NCBI RefSeq assembly: GCF_018977255.1
Contig: NW_024704743.1
Span: forward strand, 65,970,001-66,034,000
Source of the DNA: Callorhinchus milii
Taxonomy: Eukaryota
Reading direction: 5' to 3'
Length of the DNA: 64,000 nt
The position numbers and the translations under genes are program-made. Of the stretch, positions 61,865 through 64,000 are shown one piece after another. Position 1 is the stretch's first letter. Each line of letters begins with the position of its first letter. The notes under the pieces were generated by a model. That model made no database searches and was not told the origin of the DNA. It was given only the letters and a program-made list of their open reading frames with translations.

Positions 61865-64000
61865 TTTAACTAACAGGCTAATTTCCAGCCTCATCTGTAC
61901 CACTCTTTTGATTGAACAATGATGTAAATCTTGTACTGATTTAGTAGAAACACTTTGATTTGCAATGTAGTAAAATGGCTTCTCTAAATGCAGTTCCATC
62001 TACTGTGAAATAGAATGAGCTGACTGATGTTTTCAGTAAGATTCTTTGCCCTTGAGTGTAATCGCATCATGCGGATTATAATTTCATACTCACTCAAATT
62101 ATTAAAAAAATACAGGAAGTGAATTATACCCCAAAACACCTAATTTTTCATCAATTCCTCTATTTCACTGAGGTTGTGTAATATAACGTGTGGTGAAGGT
62201 GTTTATGCTGGTATGGGATTGAGCCAGCTGGCGCCCTAGCCACAACACTGGCTACTAGTTTTGGCAGGACTTGAATGAGAGATTGAGTGAGTTTAAGGCA
62301 GTATTATATGTTATAAATATTATGGGTTTTATTTGCTTATACAGGTGCGAATGGAATTGTCCAACATACTTACCATACCTCATAGTCTTCAGTGTTATGG
62401 AAGTAACCAAAGGTTCCACCCGCTTGAAATGATGAATGATTTAAGGACATCAGACAATTAACAAATCATTGATGCTGTTGATCATTGCCTTTATTTGGCC
62501 ATTAACTTTGAGTTGCTGTATTGGAAGGCTTTAGAAGCAAAGAAAATGTATCTTTTATTTGGCCAGTTAAGGGACAACATTGATCCACTTGGGGTGATCT
62601 AAGACTGCACATGCCTCAAGTGTAACAACAAAAAGATGTGGGATGGCTTATAGTTTGACCTTTAGTGCTGCGGTTTGAAAATCTGCTTTCAGATTAGTTC
62701 CACTGTTTCTTCTAATCAGAGAAAGAGCACAGTCTTTTCTAATATTTCAGGGGGAATGGTGTTAGATAGCAACACTGAGAATTATTTTCCTCTCCCTGTC
62801 TCTCTACAAACTACAGGTTTTCAAAGCCCAAACTTGGTATCAACTAACCACGACCCCATGATTTATCTCAACCGCTCTCCTAACCATTTTCAACCTTGGC
62901 TGCATTCTGACTATGGGCCGTGTTTTCTTCACTATTTAAAAAAAGCAGAGAATCAATTAGGAAAATTAATTATAAAGTTTTTTCCCTGATCATTTCTTAT
63001 TTTTTTGTCCCTCCCTCATCCCCTCTCAACTGAAACATGAAAACTCGATTCAGTTGTAAGATACCATTTCTCCTATGGAAAGAAAATTGGAGCTGTTCAA
63101 AACCTGATCCTACCAAAACCCCAGTCTGGGTTTCATTTAGCTAAACCACCAAGGTTCGTCTAGGCTTAATTTGTATCAGAGTATTAGGTTTTAAGTTTCA
63201 CATAGATTCTTAAACACAAGAATTCAAAGTCATAGGAAGCTATGGCCAGATAGTGAAAGATGTAGTCTTTCTGCCTTTCATTTATATACTTAAAGATTGG
63301 GTAAATGCTTTCTTAAGGCTGAATGGATTTTGGTCAGAAATCTGAGCTGATCCAAATTTGTCTGGTCCAAATAAAAGTGCCAATAAAGAGGTTTTCAACA
63401 GTTTGGGCTCCAATAAGTTCACTTTTTTTGCTGGAGTTAATGCATTTCTATCTGGAAACTTGCATCACTGACCAGAAAAGATGGAGAAATTAGGCTCTTT
63501 TTAAATTGAGCTATGTGAAGGGGACTTTGAAATGTAAAGTGCTATGCTACTGAAATTTTGTTGCCAGTTCAGCACCAAGGAGACCTGCTTAACTCCCTTC
63601 CCCCACAAAAGAGTCCAACTGAAAGACTTATAAATTAATAAAATAATAATCCTTGCAATTGGTGCAATGTCTTTCACGTCAGGAGGACTTCAAAGGGTTC
63701 ACTGTAAAGTGGAATGACTCGATTTTGTAAGCGAAAGGTTTATCCAGGTTTCATTGAACAAAGAAAAGGGCACTCTGCACTATATTTGCACCAGTAACCT
63801 GAATAAACATATTCTTAAGCATCATCACTCCATTATCAGCAGACAGGAGCAGAAAGAGTTGTCATTTAGATGAAACATTCCATTTCCTTTGACTCTCCAA
63901 ACAAGTTAAAGTTTATCGTTTCACTGTTGTATTGACTTTATTAATGTCTAGTTTTGGTTTCTGTTCACATTCCCCCAAATTCTTAACTTGGTCATCTATT

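Overview
Eukaryotic, AT-rich, gene-poor and repeat-dense DNA. The repeat set suggests a cartilaginous fish, probably a holocephalan such as the elephant shark (inference): young L2 LINEs, shark-type CR1 LINEs, Deu-domain SINEs and a tRNA-Ala-headed SINE with an (ATT)n tail. I recognise no cellular protein-coding gene; the ORFs with recognisable homology are LINE ORF1/ORF2 fragments. The most notable items are: two non-autonomous Helitron copies with reordered internal modules, one with (GAA)34 at its 5' terminus; an internally deleted CR1 joining the 5'UTR and ORF1 zinc finger to the ORF2 tail; a Penelope-like relic with a decayed minimal hammerhead ribozyme; SINE subfamilies whose 3' hairpin tracks L2 tails; a 222-bp hAT MITE with a perfect 8-bp TSD; an unassigned three-copy repeat; and a CpG-rich TALE/CCAAT/GC-box/TATA-like module near 57 kb. 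Family names come from recall, not from a search. Boundaries of degenerate repeats are approximate.
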